From positions 1 through 64,000 of the forward strand of contig JAXLNO010000161.1 in assembly GCA_038087875.1 (NCBI GenBank): DNA of 64,000 bases, written 5' to 3'. The position numbers and the translations under genes were made by a program. Below are positions 1 through 12,429 of this stretch, piece after piece. Each line of letters begins with the position of its first letter. The stretch's first letter is position 1. The notes under the pieces are model-generated. The model made no database searches. It worked only from the letters and a program-made list of their open reading frames with translations, and was not told the origin of the DNA. The DNA comes from Malacoraja senta (lineage: Eukaryota).

Positions 1-26
1 TATGGTTATATGGTTATATGGTTATA

Positions 27-223
27 GTGGTTTAGGTTCATACGGGTGTTCCTGGACCACTCTTTCATTCACTCACTGACTATGTTTACTAACTCTTTCT
101 ATCCTTTTTTCCTATTAAAGTTTAAAATAAGAAGTGGTATAAGAACTGTATAAACTTACGTTATTGCAGATTACTGTAATGTAAAATACTTCTAATAAAA
201 AATAAAAAATAAAAAAATAAAAA
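27..223 (+). mobile_element. 3' end and A-rich tail of an L1-type LINE, preceded by a (TATGGT)n CR1-like tail at 1-26
   Basis: TGTAATGTAAAATACTTCTAATAAAAAATAAAAAAT resembles the reverse complement of the L1 tail at 34374-34430. Confidence 0.5.
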
Positions 224-1047
224 TACTATGGGTCCCAGCTTCACACGGGAGGGCTGGTTCCCCAATGCAATATTCCACCTCTCCACCAATTCCAATATTG
301 CTGGCCAGTGGGGGGTGGGGGGGCTTTCTGGAGCACTAGTATGTGTGTTGTGGGTCAAAGGGACTGGTTTCCAGAGGGCTAGTATGGACATTGTGGGCTG
401 AATGGATTCTTGGGCTGGCAGCTCAGTCACTCAGGCCAGGCGGCTCAGTCACTCTGGCCAGGCAGCATTTTAGAACCAATAGACACTTTCTGCAACCATT
501 TTAGACCCAATAGAGACACTTTCTGCAACCATTTAGACCCAATAGAGACACTTTCTGCAACAATTTAGAACCAATAGAGACTTTTTGCAACCATTTAGAA
601 CCAATAAACACTTTTTGCAACCATTTAGAACCAATAGACACGTTTTGCAAGCATTTTAGAACCAATAGACACGTTTTGCAAGCATTTTTCAACCACATTA
701 AGGGCACTCACATTTGAGTCGACATGTGTTCAGTGCTATTCAGAGCTCAGAGAGACGTGACCCTCTGGCTTCCTCCATCTTGCAGAGACTGAGTGAGGCA
801 CACCACTTCCTGGTTTTATAGTCCCTCCCCCTCCCTCCAGCAGGGGCAGCAGAGAGAATGGCAAATTATTTAAAAACATTAATATCTCTCTGATTTTTCA
901 TCCATGGGAAAATCCTCTGGTCCAGGAAGGCGGAGGGGGGCTCTGAGCGAGGTGGCCAAAAATGACGGCCGTAGGTGGCGGCGTTCTCTCGGAAATCGCA
1001 CCACAGCGAGCCAAAAGCGGTCAAGGTCAGACTTTTAGTAATATAGA
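224..1047 (-). mobile_element. Non-autonomous Helitron-like element (3' tip lost), with an internal ~30-bp CCAAT minisatellite at 468-690
   Basis: The minus strand begins A|TCTATATTACTAAAAGT at 1047, a typical Helitron 5' end. 224-420 matches the sequence next to the hairpin+CTAG ends at 26428 and 50250. Confidence 0.6.
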
Positions 1048-1504
1048 TAATTATACATAATTAAATATGATTAGTCATATTCACAAGTCACACACACGCA
1101 CATATATATATATGGTTTAATAATATATGGCTTAAATAGACTGCAACGCGGAAATAGGCTCCCCATTGAGAAATATGGGCATTGGACACTAGATGGCGCT
1201 TATTTTTCGCTCATTTTCTAATTAGTTTAATTAATTAATGTGCAACTTTATTGAGTTATGACTTCCTTCTCAATTATATTTAATCTAAATCTGTGCAAAA
1301 TTTCATGCAGTTCTGAGACATAGGTCACAAAAGTTGATTTCTGGACACATTTTTGATGCTCGGCCCACAGCCTAACAGGACAAGTTTGGAGGGATATGGA
1401 CCAATACGCAGGCAGGTGGGACTAGTGTAGCTGGGACATGTTGGTAGGTGTGCGCAACTTGGGCCGAATGGCCTGTTTCCACACTGTTTCACTATATGTC
1501 TCTA

Positions 1505-1795
1505 ACACAAAGTGCAGGAGTAACTCAGCGGGTCAGGCAGCTTTTGTGGAGAACATGGTGAGGTGACGTTTCACACAGTGCTGGAGTAACTCAGCGGGTC
1601 AGGCAGCATCTGTGGAGAACATGGATAGGTGACGTTTCACAGAGTGCTGGAGTAACTCAGCGGGTCAGGCAGCATATCTGGAGAACATGGATAGGTGACG
1701 TTTCACAGGGTGCTGGAGTTATTCAGCGGGTCAGGCAGTACTTGTGGAGAACATGGATAGGTGAAATTTCGGTAGGGACCCTTCTTCAGACTGAC
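1505..1795 (-). repeat. Tandem ~65-bp Penelope-derived units ending in a hammerhead-like motif
   Basis: About 4 copies of GTGCTGGAGTAACTCAGCGGGTCAGGCAGCATCTGTGGAGAACATGGATAGGTGACGTTTC; inverted counterpart at 5630-5860. Confidence 0.65.
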
Positions 1796-2034
1796 ACTAT
1801 GTTAACAGATGAGGGGGTGATCGGCAGATCAGTGAAGTAAGTGACAGAGGCGAGAGAAAATGAGATCAAAGGGTGTGACATAAGGAGAGAGGAATGTATA
1901 TGTACAGCTTTAAGGGACATTGGTCAGGTAGCATTTGGAGTATTGCATTCAGTTCTGGTCACTCCATTACAGGACTGATGTGGAGGCTTTGGGGAAGGTG
2001 CAGAGATGGTTAACCAGAATGGTTTAAAAACAAG

Positions 2035-2841
2035 TCAAGTCAAGTCGTCACATTTATTTATATAGCACATTTAAAAAACAACTCTCGTTGGCCAAAGTGC
2101 TTTACATTTGTTATAAGAATAGTATAAACAAACAAACTACATACATATATACATATAGCCCTCGCTCAGAGGACGTCAAGAAAGGCTTGGGAGTATAGAT
2201 ACGTTTTTAGTCTTGACTTAAAGGAGTCAATGGAGGGGGCAGTTCTGATGGGAAGAGGGATGCTGTTCCACAGTCTAGGAGCTGCAACCGCAAAGGCGCG
2301 GTCGCCCCTGAGCTTATGCCTAGACCGCAGAATATTCAGCAACCCCAAGTCGGCCGATCTGAGGGACCTGGAGGTGGAGTGGTGGGTAACAAGTCTTTTA
2401 ATGTAGGTGGGGGCAAGCCCATTGAGGGCTTTGTAGACATAGAGGAGGATCTTGAAATGTATACGGAACCGCACAGGGAGCCAGTGGAGAGAGGCCAGGA
2501 TCGGGGTGATGTGGCCTCTTTTTCGGGTGGATGATCTTTTCGTGGTCATCAAAATGGAAGAATTGTTTTATTTTAGCTATCGTCCGAAGCTGAAAGAAGC
2601 TAGGTTTTACCACGGCATTGACTTGTGTGTCAAATTTCAGTGCTGAGTCAAATGTCACGCCAAGGTTTTTGACGTGAGGTTTGAGTAGTGGGGTAAGGCT
2701 TCCAAGGCTGCCTGCTATCATTTTGATTTGAGTCCGAGGGGCAGAGAAGGATGACCTCAGACTTACTCTCGTTTAGTTGGAGGAAGTTCTGGGCCATCCA
2801 ACACTTTATATCCTCGAGGCAGTGGGTAAGATTAAGCAGGT
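2035..2841 (-). mobile_element. 5'-truncated L2-clade LINE
   Basis: ORF2 C-terminus HITPILASLHWLPVRFRIHFKILL...GDRAFAVAAPRLWNSIP...SFKSRLKTYL; (CAAGT)n tail; AAACAAG on both flanks (2028-2034, 2842-2848); empty site in the inverted copy near 5065-5080. Confidence 0.85.
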
Positions 2842-3001
2842 AAACAAGGAACTGCAGATGCTGGTTTACAAAAAATGCTGGAGTAACTCAGCAGGACAGG
2901 CAGCATCTCTGGAGAGAAGGAATGGGTGACGTTTCAGGTCGAGACTGAAGAAGGGCCTCGACCCGAAACGTTACCCATTCCTTCCAGCATTTTCTGTCTA
3001 C

Positions 3002-4408
3002 CTAAACAGCGCCTGTCCACGTGGTGGTGTGCCAGCAGGCTGGAGGAACGGGCAAAGGCCTTGCCACAGAGCGGGCAGGTGAAGGGGCGCTGGCCGGTGT
3101 GGACTCACCGGTGCTCCAGCAGGTGGTCAAGGTGCGTGAAACCCTTACCACAGGAAGGGCAGAGGAAGGGACGCTCACCGCTGTGGGTCCGCCGGTGCTG
3201 CCACAGGCTGGACATGCGGGTGAAACCCTTGACTCACTCAGTGCACACAAAGGGTCTCTCTCTGGTGTGTATCCGCTGGTTCTCCCGCAGCCCCTATGCT
3301 CTCATGACACAGTGGGAGCAGCTACTCGCCAGCGTGGGCCCGCCGGTGCTGCCGCAACCTCCGCGAGCTGTCAAACTCCTCACCGCAGTACGGGCAGTCG
3401 TAGGGCTGGCCACTGGTGTGCACGTGCTGGTGAGACAGGGCATGCGAGGCCTTGGCAAAGCGCTCTCCACACACCGGGCTGGGGACGGGACGGTCGACGG
3501 CGTGCACCCGCTGGTGGGACAGCAGACTGGTGGAGCAGGTGAAGCCCTTGCCGCAGTCGCTTCAGGTGTAGGGCCGCTCCGCGGTGTGCAGGCGCCTGTG
3601 CACCTTCAGGTCCGAGGACCACATGAAGCCTTTACCACAGTCGGAGCATTTGCAGGGCCGCTCCCCGGTGTGCAGGCGCCTGTGCACCTTCAGGTCCGTG
3701 GACGACTTGAAGCCTTTGCCGCAGTCGGAGCAGGTGAAGGGACGCTCACTGCTGTGCACCCGCCGGTGCCGCAACAGCCCCGACGACTGGGCGAAGCCCT
3801 TGCCGCAGTCGCTGCTGGTGTAGGGCCGATCCCCGGTGTGCAGGCGCCTGTGCAACAACAGGTCAGTGGACGACTTGAAGCTTTTGCCGCAGTCGGAGCA
3901 TGGAAAGGGACGCTCACTGCTGTGCACCCGCCGATACTGCAATAGCCCTGTCAACCGGGCAAAGCTCTTGCCACAGGTGGAGCAGCCATAGGGCTTCTCG
4001 CCCGTGTGCACCCACTGGTGCTCCTGCAGCCGAGACAACAGGGAAAAGCTCTTGCCGCAGGTGGAGCAGCCAAAGGGTTTCTCGCCCGTGTGCACTCGCC
4101 AGTGGATCTTCAGGCAATTCGACGACTTGAAGCTCTTGCCGCAGTCGGAGCAGGTGAAGGGGCGTTCTCCCGTGTGCATCCGCCGGTGGGCCTCCAGCTT
4201 GCTCGGGCTCTGCAAGATCTTGCCGCACACATCACACTCATAACGCTTCTGCTTGTTGTGCCCCGTCATGTGGTCCCCCAACAAAGCTCAGCCCCTCGAA
4301 GCTCAGCCCGCACACCGAGCAGATGGGGGGAGGTTCACCGGCACCCTGGCCGCCCTCAATGGCCGCTCACGTCCCTGTCGCTCCGTCCACAGCAACGGCT
4401 CCTAAACC
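3002..4408 (-). pseudogene. C2H2 (Kruppel-type) zinc-finger exon: ~8 fingers in ORF 4284-3562, then in-frame stops and frameshifts
   Basis: CxxC...HxxxH-TGERPF repeats; splice acceptor CCATCCTGCAG ending at 4409; TGA at 3564-3562 replaces a finger Cys; TAG at 3324-3322 where the duplicate has CAG; final finger ends at TAG 3004-3002. Confidence 0.85.
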
Positions 4409-4569
4409 CTGCAGGATGGGAACACAGACGGTCAACAAGCTGGCAAACGGGACATTACTAACATGTGTTTGAAGGGGGGGAAGATGGAAGTGGGGGAGGG
4501 TGGGGGTCGAGGGGTGTTGGGGTGTGGGGAAGGGGGGAGGATGGGGAGGGGGTGAGTGGGGTGGAGGGA

Positions 4570-4903
4570 TGCTGGTCCACGCCGGCGAGCAGCTGCTCCC
4601 ACTACAGCAAGCATTTCAAGAGCGCACGGGGGCTGCGGGAGCACCAGCGGATACACACCGGAGAGAGACCCTTTGTATGCACAGAGTGTGTCCAGCCTGT
4701 GGCAGCACTGGCGTACCCACAGTGGTGAGCGTCCCTTCTCCCCTGCCCGTCCTGTGGTAAGGGCTTCACCCGCCTTGACCACCTGGTGGAGCACCGGCGA
4801 GTCCACACCGGCCAGCGCCCCTTCACCTGCCCGCTCTGTGGCAAGGCCTTTGCCCGCTCCTCCAGCCTGCTGGCACACCGTGACATGGATAGGCGCTGTT
4901 TAG
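4570..4903 (+). pseudogene. Inverted partial copy of the 3' end of the ZNF exon
   Basis: HTGERPFVCTEC and [20 protein letters not shown] in shifting frames; reverse-complement match to 3002-3345. Confidence 0.8.
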
Positions 4904-5264
4904 GTAAACACAAAATGCTGGAAGGAATGGGTAACGTTTACGGTCGAGACCTTCCTCAGACTCGACCCGAAACGTCACCCATTCCTTCTCTCCAGAGATG
5001 CTGCCTGTCCCGCTGAGTTACTACAGCATTTTGTGTCATTTTTTGTAAACCAGCATCTGCAGTTCCTTGTTTTTCAAATCATTCTGGTTAACCATCTCTG
5101 CACCTTCCCCAAAGCCTCCGCATCAGTCCTGTAATGCAGTGACCAGAACTGTATGCAATACTCCAAATGCTACCTGACCAATGTCCCTTAAAGCTGCACA
5201 TATACATTCCTCTCTCCTTAGTTCAGTCTTTTATCTCCTTATTTTCTCTCGCCTCTGTCACTTA

Positions 5265-5580
5265 ACAGCCTGTCCCACTGTACGAGGTAATTCAAGAGCT
5301 CCACGAGTTTTAAAAAATATCAAACCCGTGGTAAGCACGTAGAATGTACGTAGCGGGTACGTCGGAGCTCGGGACGTCTCTTAGCGGCTCGTAACGTTAA
5401 CGGCAGGTACTCGGGAAACGCGGTAAGCTCGTGAAGGCTCGTGAAGATTTTTCAACATGTTGAAAAATGTCCACGAGAGCTCCGAGTACCTACGAGCGGC
5501 TATTACCGTAATTCACCGAGTTCGAATCAGGGGAAACTTGTGAGAACTCTTGAATTAGCTCGTACAGTGGGACAGCCCCA
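5265..5580. mobile_element. PIF/Harbinger-type MITE
   Basis: ~30-bp TIRs (CTGTCCCACTGTACGAGGTAATTCAAGAG / CTCTTGAATTAGCTCGTACAGTGGGACAG); TTA target duplication at 5262-5264 and 5581-5583; empty site at about 1831-1850. Confidence 0.85.
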
Positions 5581-5629
5581 TTACTTCACTCATCAGCGAT
5601 CATCCCCTCAACTCAATTATAACATAGTG

Positions 5630-6825
5630 TCAGTCTGAAGAAGGGTCCCGACCCAAAATGTCACCTATCCATGTTCTCCACAAATGCTACCTGACCCGCT
5701 GAGTTACTCCAGCACTCTGTGAAACGATACCTATCCATGTTCTCCACAGATGGTGCCTGACCCGCTGAGTTACTCCAGCACTCTGTGAAACGTTACCTAT
5801 CCATGTTCTCCACAGATGCTACCTGACCCGCTGAGTTACTCCAGCACTCTGTGAAACGTCACATAGTGATACAGTGTGGAAACAGGCTCTTCGACCCAAC
5901 TTGACCACATCGACCAACATGTCCCAGCTACACTAGTCCCACCTGCCTGTGTTTGGTCCATATCCCTCCAAACCTGTCCCATCCATGTACCTGTCTAACT
6001 GTTTCTTAAACGTTGGGATAGTCCCAGCCTCAACAATCTCCCCAGACAGCTTGTTCCATACACCTACCACCATTTGTGTGAAAAAGTTACACCCCACATT
6101 CCTATTAAATTCTTTTCCCCTTCACCTTGAACCCATGTCCTCTGGTCTTCGATTCCCCCACTCTGGGCAAGAGATTCAGTGCATCTAACTAAATTGTCTT
6201 CTATGCAAGATTCCAGCATCTGCAGTCTCTTGTGTCTCCCTCACCCATATCCACCTATCACTTCTGAAGAAGGGTCTCAACGTGAAACATCACCCATTCC
6301 TTCTCTCCAGAGATGCTGCCTGTCCCGCCCGCTGAGTTACTCCAGCATTTTGTGTCCTCCTATCGCTTGCCAGGCTTTGTCCAGCCCCCATCTCTCTTTT
6401 CCAGCTTCTTCCCCCCACCCTCTCCAATCAGTCTGAAGAAGGGTCCTGACTCAAAACGTCGTCTGTCCATTCCCTCTAAAGCGGTGGAGGAACTCAGTGG
6501 GTCAGGCGGCATCTGTAGAGGGAAGGTAATCTAAGGTGACCACTCCCACCTCTCCTTTCCGACTTTCTCCACCCCCCACACCAAGCAGTCTGAAGAAGGG
6601 TCCTGACCGAGAATGTTGCCTGTCCATGCTCTCCAGAGGTGCGTTACTCCAGGAGCTTGTGTCTCTTTTTGTAAACCAGCTTCTGCTGTTCATTGTATCT
6701 AGACTAGGCGTGCATTTCATCTAACACTCGGTCCGCCAAGGCCTGCTGAATCTCCCGGTTGCCAACCATTTTAACTGCCCTTCCCATTCCCATACTGGTC
6801 TGTATGCCCTGGGCCTCCTCCATTG
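5630..6825 (+). repeat. Cluster of Penelope-derived repeats, a CR1 3' piece and a Penelope ORF C-terminal fragment
   Basis: Four CTGAAGAAGGGTC motifs; 6750-6800 translates to LPVANHFNCPSHSH, resembling the end of the Penelope GIY-YIG region. Confidence 0.55.
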
Positions 6826-8392
6826 CCACAGGGTCTGCATCCCAGGGTACTTAAGGAAGTGGCTTTAGAAATCGTGGATGCATTGGTGACAATTTTCCAA
6901 TGTTCAATAGACTCAGGATCTGTTCCTGTGGATTGGAGGGTAGCTAATGTTATCCCGCTTTTTAAGAAAGGAGGGAGAGAGAAAACAGGGAATTATAGAC
7001 CAGTTAGCCTGACATCGGTGGTGGGGACGATGCTGGAGTCAATTATAAAAGATGAAATAGCCGCACATTTGGATAGCAGTAACAGGATCGGTTCGAGTCA
7101 GCATGGATTTAGGAAGGGGAAATCATGCTTGACTAATCTTCTGGAAATTTTTTGAAGATGTAACACGGGTAAATGGACAAGGGAGAGCCAGTGGATGTAA
7201 TGTACCTGGACTTTCAGAAAGCATTTGATAAGGTCCCACATAGGAGATTAGTGGGCAAAATTAGGGCACATTGTATTGGGGTAGAGTGCTGACATGGATA
7301 GAAAATTGGTTGGCAGACAGGAAACATAGAGTAGGGATTAACGGGTACCTTTCAGAATGGCAGGCAGTGACTAGTGGGGTACCGCAAGGCTCGGTGCTGG
7401 GACCGCAGCTATTTACAATATACATCAATGATTTGGATGAAGGGATTCAAAGTAACATTAGCAAATTTGCAGATTACACAAAGCTGGGTGGCAGTGTGAA
7501 CTGTGAGGAGGATGCTATGAGAATGCAGGGTGACTTGGACAGGTTGGGGAGTGGGCAGATGCATGGCAGATGAAGTGTAATGTGGATAAATGTGAGGTTA
7601 TCCACTTTGGTATCAAAAACAGGAAGGCAGATTACTATCTAAATGGCGTCAAGTTGGAAAAAGGGGAGGTACAACGGGATCTGGGGGGTCCTTGTTCAAC
7701 AGTCTATGAAAGTAAGCATGCAGGTACAGCAGGCAGTGAAGAAAGCGAATGGCATGTTGGCCTTTATAACAAGAGGAGTCGAGTATAGGAGCAAAGAGGT
7801 CCTTCTGCAGTTGTACAGAGCCCTAGTGAGATCACACCTGGAGTATTGTGTGCAGTTTTGGTCCCCTAATTTGAGGAAGGACTTTCTTGCTATTGAGGGA
7901 GTGCAGCGTAGGTTTACAATGTTAATTCCCGGGATGGTGGGACTGTCATATGCTGAGAGAATGGAGCGGCTGGGCTTGTACACTCTGGAGTTTAGAAGGA
8001 TGAGAAGAGATCTTATTGAAACATATAAGATTGTTAACGGTTTGGACACCCTAGAGGCAGGAAACATGTTCCCGATGTTGGGGGAGTCCAGAACCAGGGG
8101 CCACAGTTTAAGAATAACGGGTAAGCCATTTAGAACAGAGATGAGGAAACTTCTTCTCACAGAGAATTGTGAGTCTGTGGAATTCTCTGCCTCAGAAGGC
8201 GGTAGAGGCAGGTTCTCTGGATGCTTTCAAGAGAGAGCTAGACAGGGCTCTTAAAAATAGTGGAGTCCGGGGATATGGAGAGAAGGCAGGAACGGGGTAC
8301 TGATTTGGGATGATCAGCCATGATCACATTGAATGGCGGTGCTGAATTGAAGGGCCGAATGGCCTACTCCTGCACCTATTGTCTATTGTCTA
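6826..8392 (+). mobile_element. 5'-truncated CR1 (HER1-like) LINE, frameshifted
   Basis: NYRPVSLTSVVG, SGVPQGSVLGP, KFADYTKL, LYRALVRSHLEYCVQFWSP; (CTATTGT)n tail. Confidence 0.9.
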
Positions 8393-8538
8393 TAGCAGAG
8401 TCAGGGGATATGGTGACAAGGCAGGAAAGGAGTACAGTTTGTGGATGATCAGCCATGATCGCAGTGAATGGCGGTACTGGCTCGAAGAGCCGAATGGCCT
8501 ACTCCTGCACATATATTTAAGAAAGAACTGCAGATGCT

Positions 8539-8908
8539 TACAAAATTCTTAAGGGGTTGGACAGGCTAGATGCAGGAAGATTGTTCCCGATGTTGGGGAA
8601 GTCCAGAACAAGTGGTCACAGTTTAAGGATAAGGGGGAAGTCTTTTAGGACTGAGATGAGAAAAACATTTTTCACACAGAGAGTGGTGAATCTGTGGAAT
8701 TCTCTGCCACAGAAGGTAGTTGAGGCCAGTTCATTGGCTATATTTAAGAGGGAGTTAGATGTGGCCCTTGTGGCTAAAGGGATCAGGGGTATGGAGAGAA
8801 AGCAGGTACAGGATACTGAGTTGGATGATCAGCCATGATCATATTGAATGGCGGTGCAGGCTCAAGGGCCGAATGGCCTACTCCCGCACCTATTTTCTAT
8901 GTTTCTAT
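8539..8908 (+). mobile_element. CR1 3' fragment inserted into a minus-strand Penelope-derived repeat (8515-9110)
   Basis: FFTQRVVNLWNSLP; CTATGTTT tail; ATGCT on both sides and the host repeat resumes after it. Confidence 0.8.
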
Positions 8909-9199
8909 GCTGGAAAAATCGAAGGTAGGCATAAATGCTGGAGAAACTCTACGGGTGAGGCAGCATCCATGGAGCGAAGGAATAGGTGATGTTTCGGGTC
9001 AAGACCCTTCTTCAGACTGATGTGGGGGTGGGGAGGTGGGAAGAAGAAAGGAAGAGGTGGAGACAATAGGCTGTGGGAGAGTTGGGAAGAGGAGGGGAAG
9101 GAGGGAAAAAGTACCAGGGGATGGGTGGTTTGCGTCTCTCCAAGTGGGCCTGAGTGGGTCGTATGGCTGTTACTATCATAGCAGCAAATGTTACTATTT

Positions 9200-10925
9200 C
9201 TGGAAAAGCAGGAATTACAGGGAATTATAGACCAGTTAGCCTGACATTGGTGGTGGGGAAGATGCTGGAGTCAATTATTAAATAAGTAATAATGGGGCAT
9301 TTGGATAGCAGTAAAAGGATTGGTCCAAGTCAGTGTGGATTTATGAAGGGGAAATCCTGCTTGACTAATCTTCTGGAATTTTTGAGGATGTGACAAGTAA
9401 AATGGACGAAGGAGAGCCAGTGGATGTAGTGTATCGGGACTTTCAGAAAGGCTTTGATAAGGCCCCACACAGGAGATTAGTGGGCAAAATTGGACCACAT
9501 GGTACTGGAGGTAGGATATTGACATGGAGAGAGAATTAATTGGCAGACAGGAAACAAAGAGTAGGTATAAACAGGCCCCTGTCAGAATGACAGGCAGTGG
9601 CGAGTGGAGTGCCGCAAGGCTTGGTGCTGGGGCTGCTATTAATTACAATATTAATGATTTAGATATTGCAATTAAAAGTATCACGAGCAAATTTGCAGAT
9701 GAATCAAAGCTGGGTGACAGTGGGAACTGCAAAGAGGATGCTAGGAGGTTGCAGTGTGACTTGGACAGGTTGAGTGAGTGGGCAGATGCGTGGCAGATGC
9801 AGTATAATGTAGATAAATGTGAGGTTATCCACTTTGGTTGCAAGAACAAGGAGGCAGATTATTATCTCAATGGTGTCAGATTAGGGAAAAGGGAAGTGCA
9901 ACCTTGGTGTCCTTGTACACCAGTCACTGAAAGTAAAGTCTGAAGAAGGGTTTCGGCTCGAAAACGTTGCCTATTTCCTTCGCTCCATAGATGCTGCTGC
10001 ACCTGCTGAGTTTCTCCAGCATTTTTGTGTGCCTTCGATTTTCCAGCATCTGCAGTTCCTTCTTAAGTACTAAAAGTAAACATGCAGGTACAATAGACAG
10101 TGAAGAAAGCTAATGGCATGGTGGCCTTCATAATGAGAGGATTTGAGTATCGACAATAGGTGCAGGAGTAGGCCATTCGGCCCTTCGAGCCAGCACCGTC
10201 ATTCAATGTGACCATGGCTGATCATCCACAATCAGTACCCCGTTCCTGCCTTCTCCCCATATCCCCTGACTCCGCTATCTTTAAGAGCCCTATCTAGCTC
10301 TCTCATGTATGGGATGGGACTATGGGACTAAAAAGGTCCTTCTGCAGTTGTACAGGGCCCTGGTGAGACCACTTTTGGAGTATTGTGTGCAGTTTTGGTC
10401 TAATTTGAGGAAGGACATCTTTACTATTGAGGGAATGCAGCGTAGGTTCACCAGGTTAATCCCCGGGATGGCGGGACTGTCATATGAAGAAAGATTGGAA
10501 ACACTGGGCTTGTATTCACAGGAATTTAGGATGAGGGGGGATCTTATAGAAACACATAAAATTATAAAAGGACTGGACAAGCTAGATGCAGGAAAAATAT
10601 TCCCATTGTTGGGGGAGTCCTGAACCAGGGGCCACAGTCTAAAAATAAAGGGGAAGCCATTTTAAACTGAAATGTGAACAAACTTTTTCACCCAGTGTTG
10701 TGAATTTGTGGAATTCTCTGCCGCAGAAGGCAGTGGAGGTCAATTCACTGGATGAATTTAAAAGAGAGTTAGATAGAGCTCTTGGGGCTAGCGGAATCAT
10801 GGGATATGGGGAGAAGGCAGGCACGGGTTACTGATTGTGGATGATCAGCCATGATCACATTAATGGCGGCCCTGGCTCGAAGGTCCAAATGGCCTCCTCC
10901 TGCACCTATTGTCTATGTTTCTATG
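9200..10925 (+). mobile_element. Degenerate CR1, interrupted by a Penelope-derived repeat (9937-10066) and an inverted CR1 tail (10151-10304)
   Basis: RT fragments KFADESKL, NVDKCEVIHFG, LEYCVQFWS; 3' UTR and tail present. Confidence 0.85.
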
Positions 10926-11096
10926 CACCATCTACACTATTCATTCTATCTATTCCCCTCAACATTTTATGCACTTGTAGGGCTTTTATGCAATAGTATC
11001 AGTGTTATTAATTTATTGATTTTTTATTTATTGCATGGTATCTATGTATATTGGGTTAAAAGGGAGTTAGAGGGAGTACAGAGAAGTTAGAGGGAG

Positions 11097-11582
11097 AGCA
11101 GACTGATTCCTCGGATGTCAGGACTTTCATATGAAGAAAGATTGGATAGACTCGGTTTATACTCGCTAGAATTTAGAAGATGGAGGGGGGATCTTATAGA
11201 GACTTAAAAAATTCACAAGGGGTTGGACAGGCTAGATGCAGGAAGATTGTTCCCGATGTTGGGGAAGTCCAGGACAATGGGTCGCAGTTTAAGGATAAAG
11301 GGGAAATCTTTTAGGACCGAGATGAGAAAAACATTTTTCACACAGAGAGTGGTGAATCTGTGGAATTCTCTGCCACAGAAGGTAGTTGAGGCCAGTTCAT
11401 TGGCTATATTTAAGAGGGAGTTAGATGTGGCCCTTGTGGCTAAAGGGATCAGGGGGTATGGAGAGAAGGCAGGTACAGGATACTGAGTTGGATGATCAGC
11501 CATGATCATATTGAATGGCAGTGCGGGCTCGAAGGGCCGAATGGCCTACTCCTGCACCTATTGTCTACGTTTCTATGTTTCT
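11097..11582 (+). mobile_element. CR1 3' fragment
   Basis: Nearly identical to 8539-8908 over the shared part; CR1 3' UTR and tail. Confidence 0.85.
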
Positions 11583-11584
11583 AC

Positions 11585-11708
11585 AACAATATGCTATATT
11601 CTGTTCAATAATAACTATGATATTTATATTCTTATGCATCAATATATGATTCCAACCCCGCAACCGTGCTTTGGAGGAACAGACCCAACGGGTCTGCACT
11701 TGGTCTAG
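11585..11708 (+). mobile_element. Helitron-like 3' terminus
   Basis: Hairpin CAGACCCAACGGGTCTG followed by CACTTGGTCTAG|T. Confidence 0.55.
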
Positions 11709-12324
11709 TATGTCATGAGGTCATAAGTTTGAGGAATAGAATGAGGCCATTTGGCCCATCATGTTTACTCCGCCATTCAATCATAGCTGATCTATCTCTC
11801 TCTCTCTCTCTCTCTCCATCTCTCTCTCGCTCCCCTAACCCCATTCTCCTGCCTTCTCCCCATAACCCCTGGCACCGTGATAATCAACAATCTATCTATC
11901 TCTGCCTTAAAAATATCCACTGACTTGGCCTCCACAGCCTTCTGTGGCAATAAATACCACAGATTCCCCACACCTCTGGATAAACAATTCGGTTTCTTGC
12001 CCTCAACTTCCTTCCTGAAGCTGGGATTTGTCAAGTTTCCACTTGTTCCTGTCAGTTTCAATTTCAGTGAATAAGAGGGGGATGTTGCTAACGAGTTTTC
12101 CCCCAATTTCCCCACAGATAGATACACTTTAGTGTAGTTTATTTATGTTTATAACTAGTTTGACCCCTTGGTCAGGGCAGGTGCGGTCGGCGCCGCTGAT
12201 TGGTCGGAAGCCGACGCCCATCTTGCTGAGGGCAGGTGAGGTCGGCGCCGATGATTGGTCGGCAACCGGCGGCCATCTTGGTGAGGGCGGGTGAGGTCGG
12301 CGGCGGGGCGGCCATCTTGGTGAG

Positions 12325-12398
12325 TGTAGATGGTTTATGCATGCAACCAATAATATAGCTACCTCAGTACTACTAACCACGCCTCAGTTATCAAGTAT

Positions 12399-12429
<31 letters not shown>

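Noticed and set aside
2926..3945. 339-aa plus-strand ORF and other ORFs overlapping the ZNF
   Set aside because: Antisense shadow of C2H2 repeats, which commonly lack stops.
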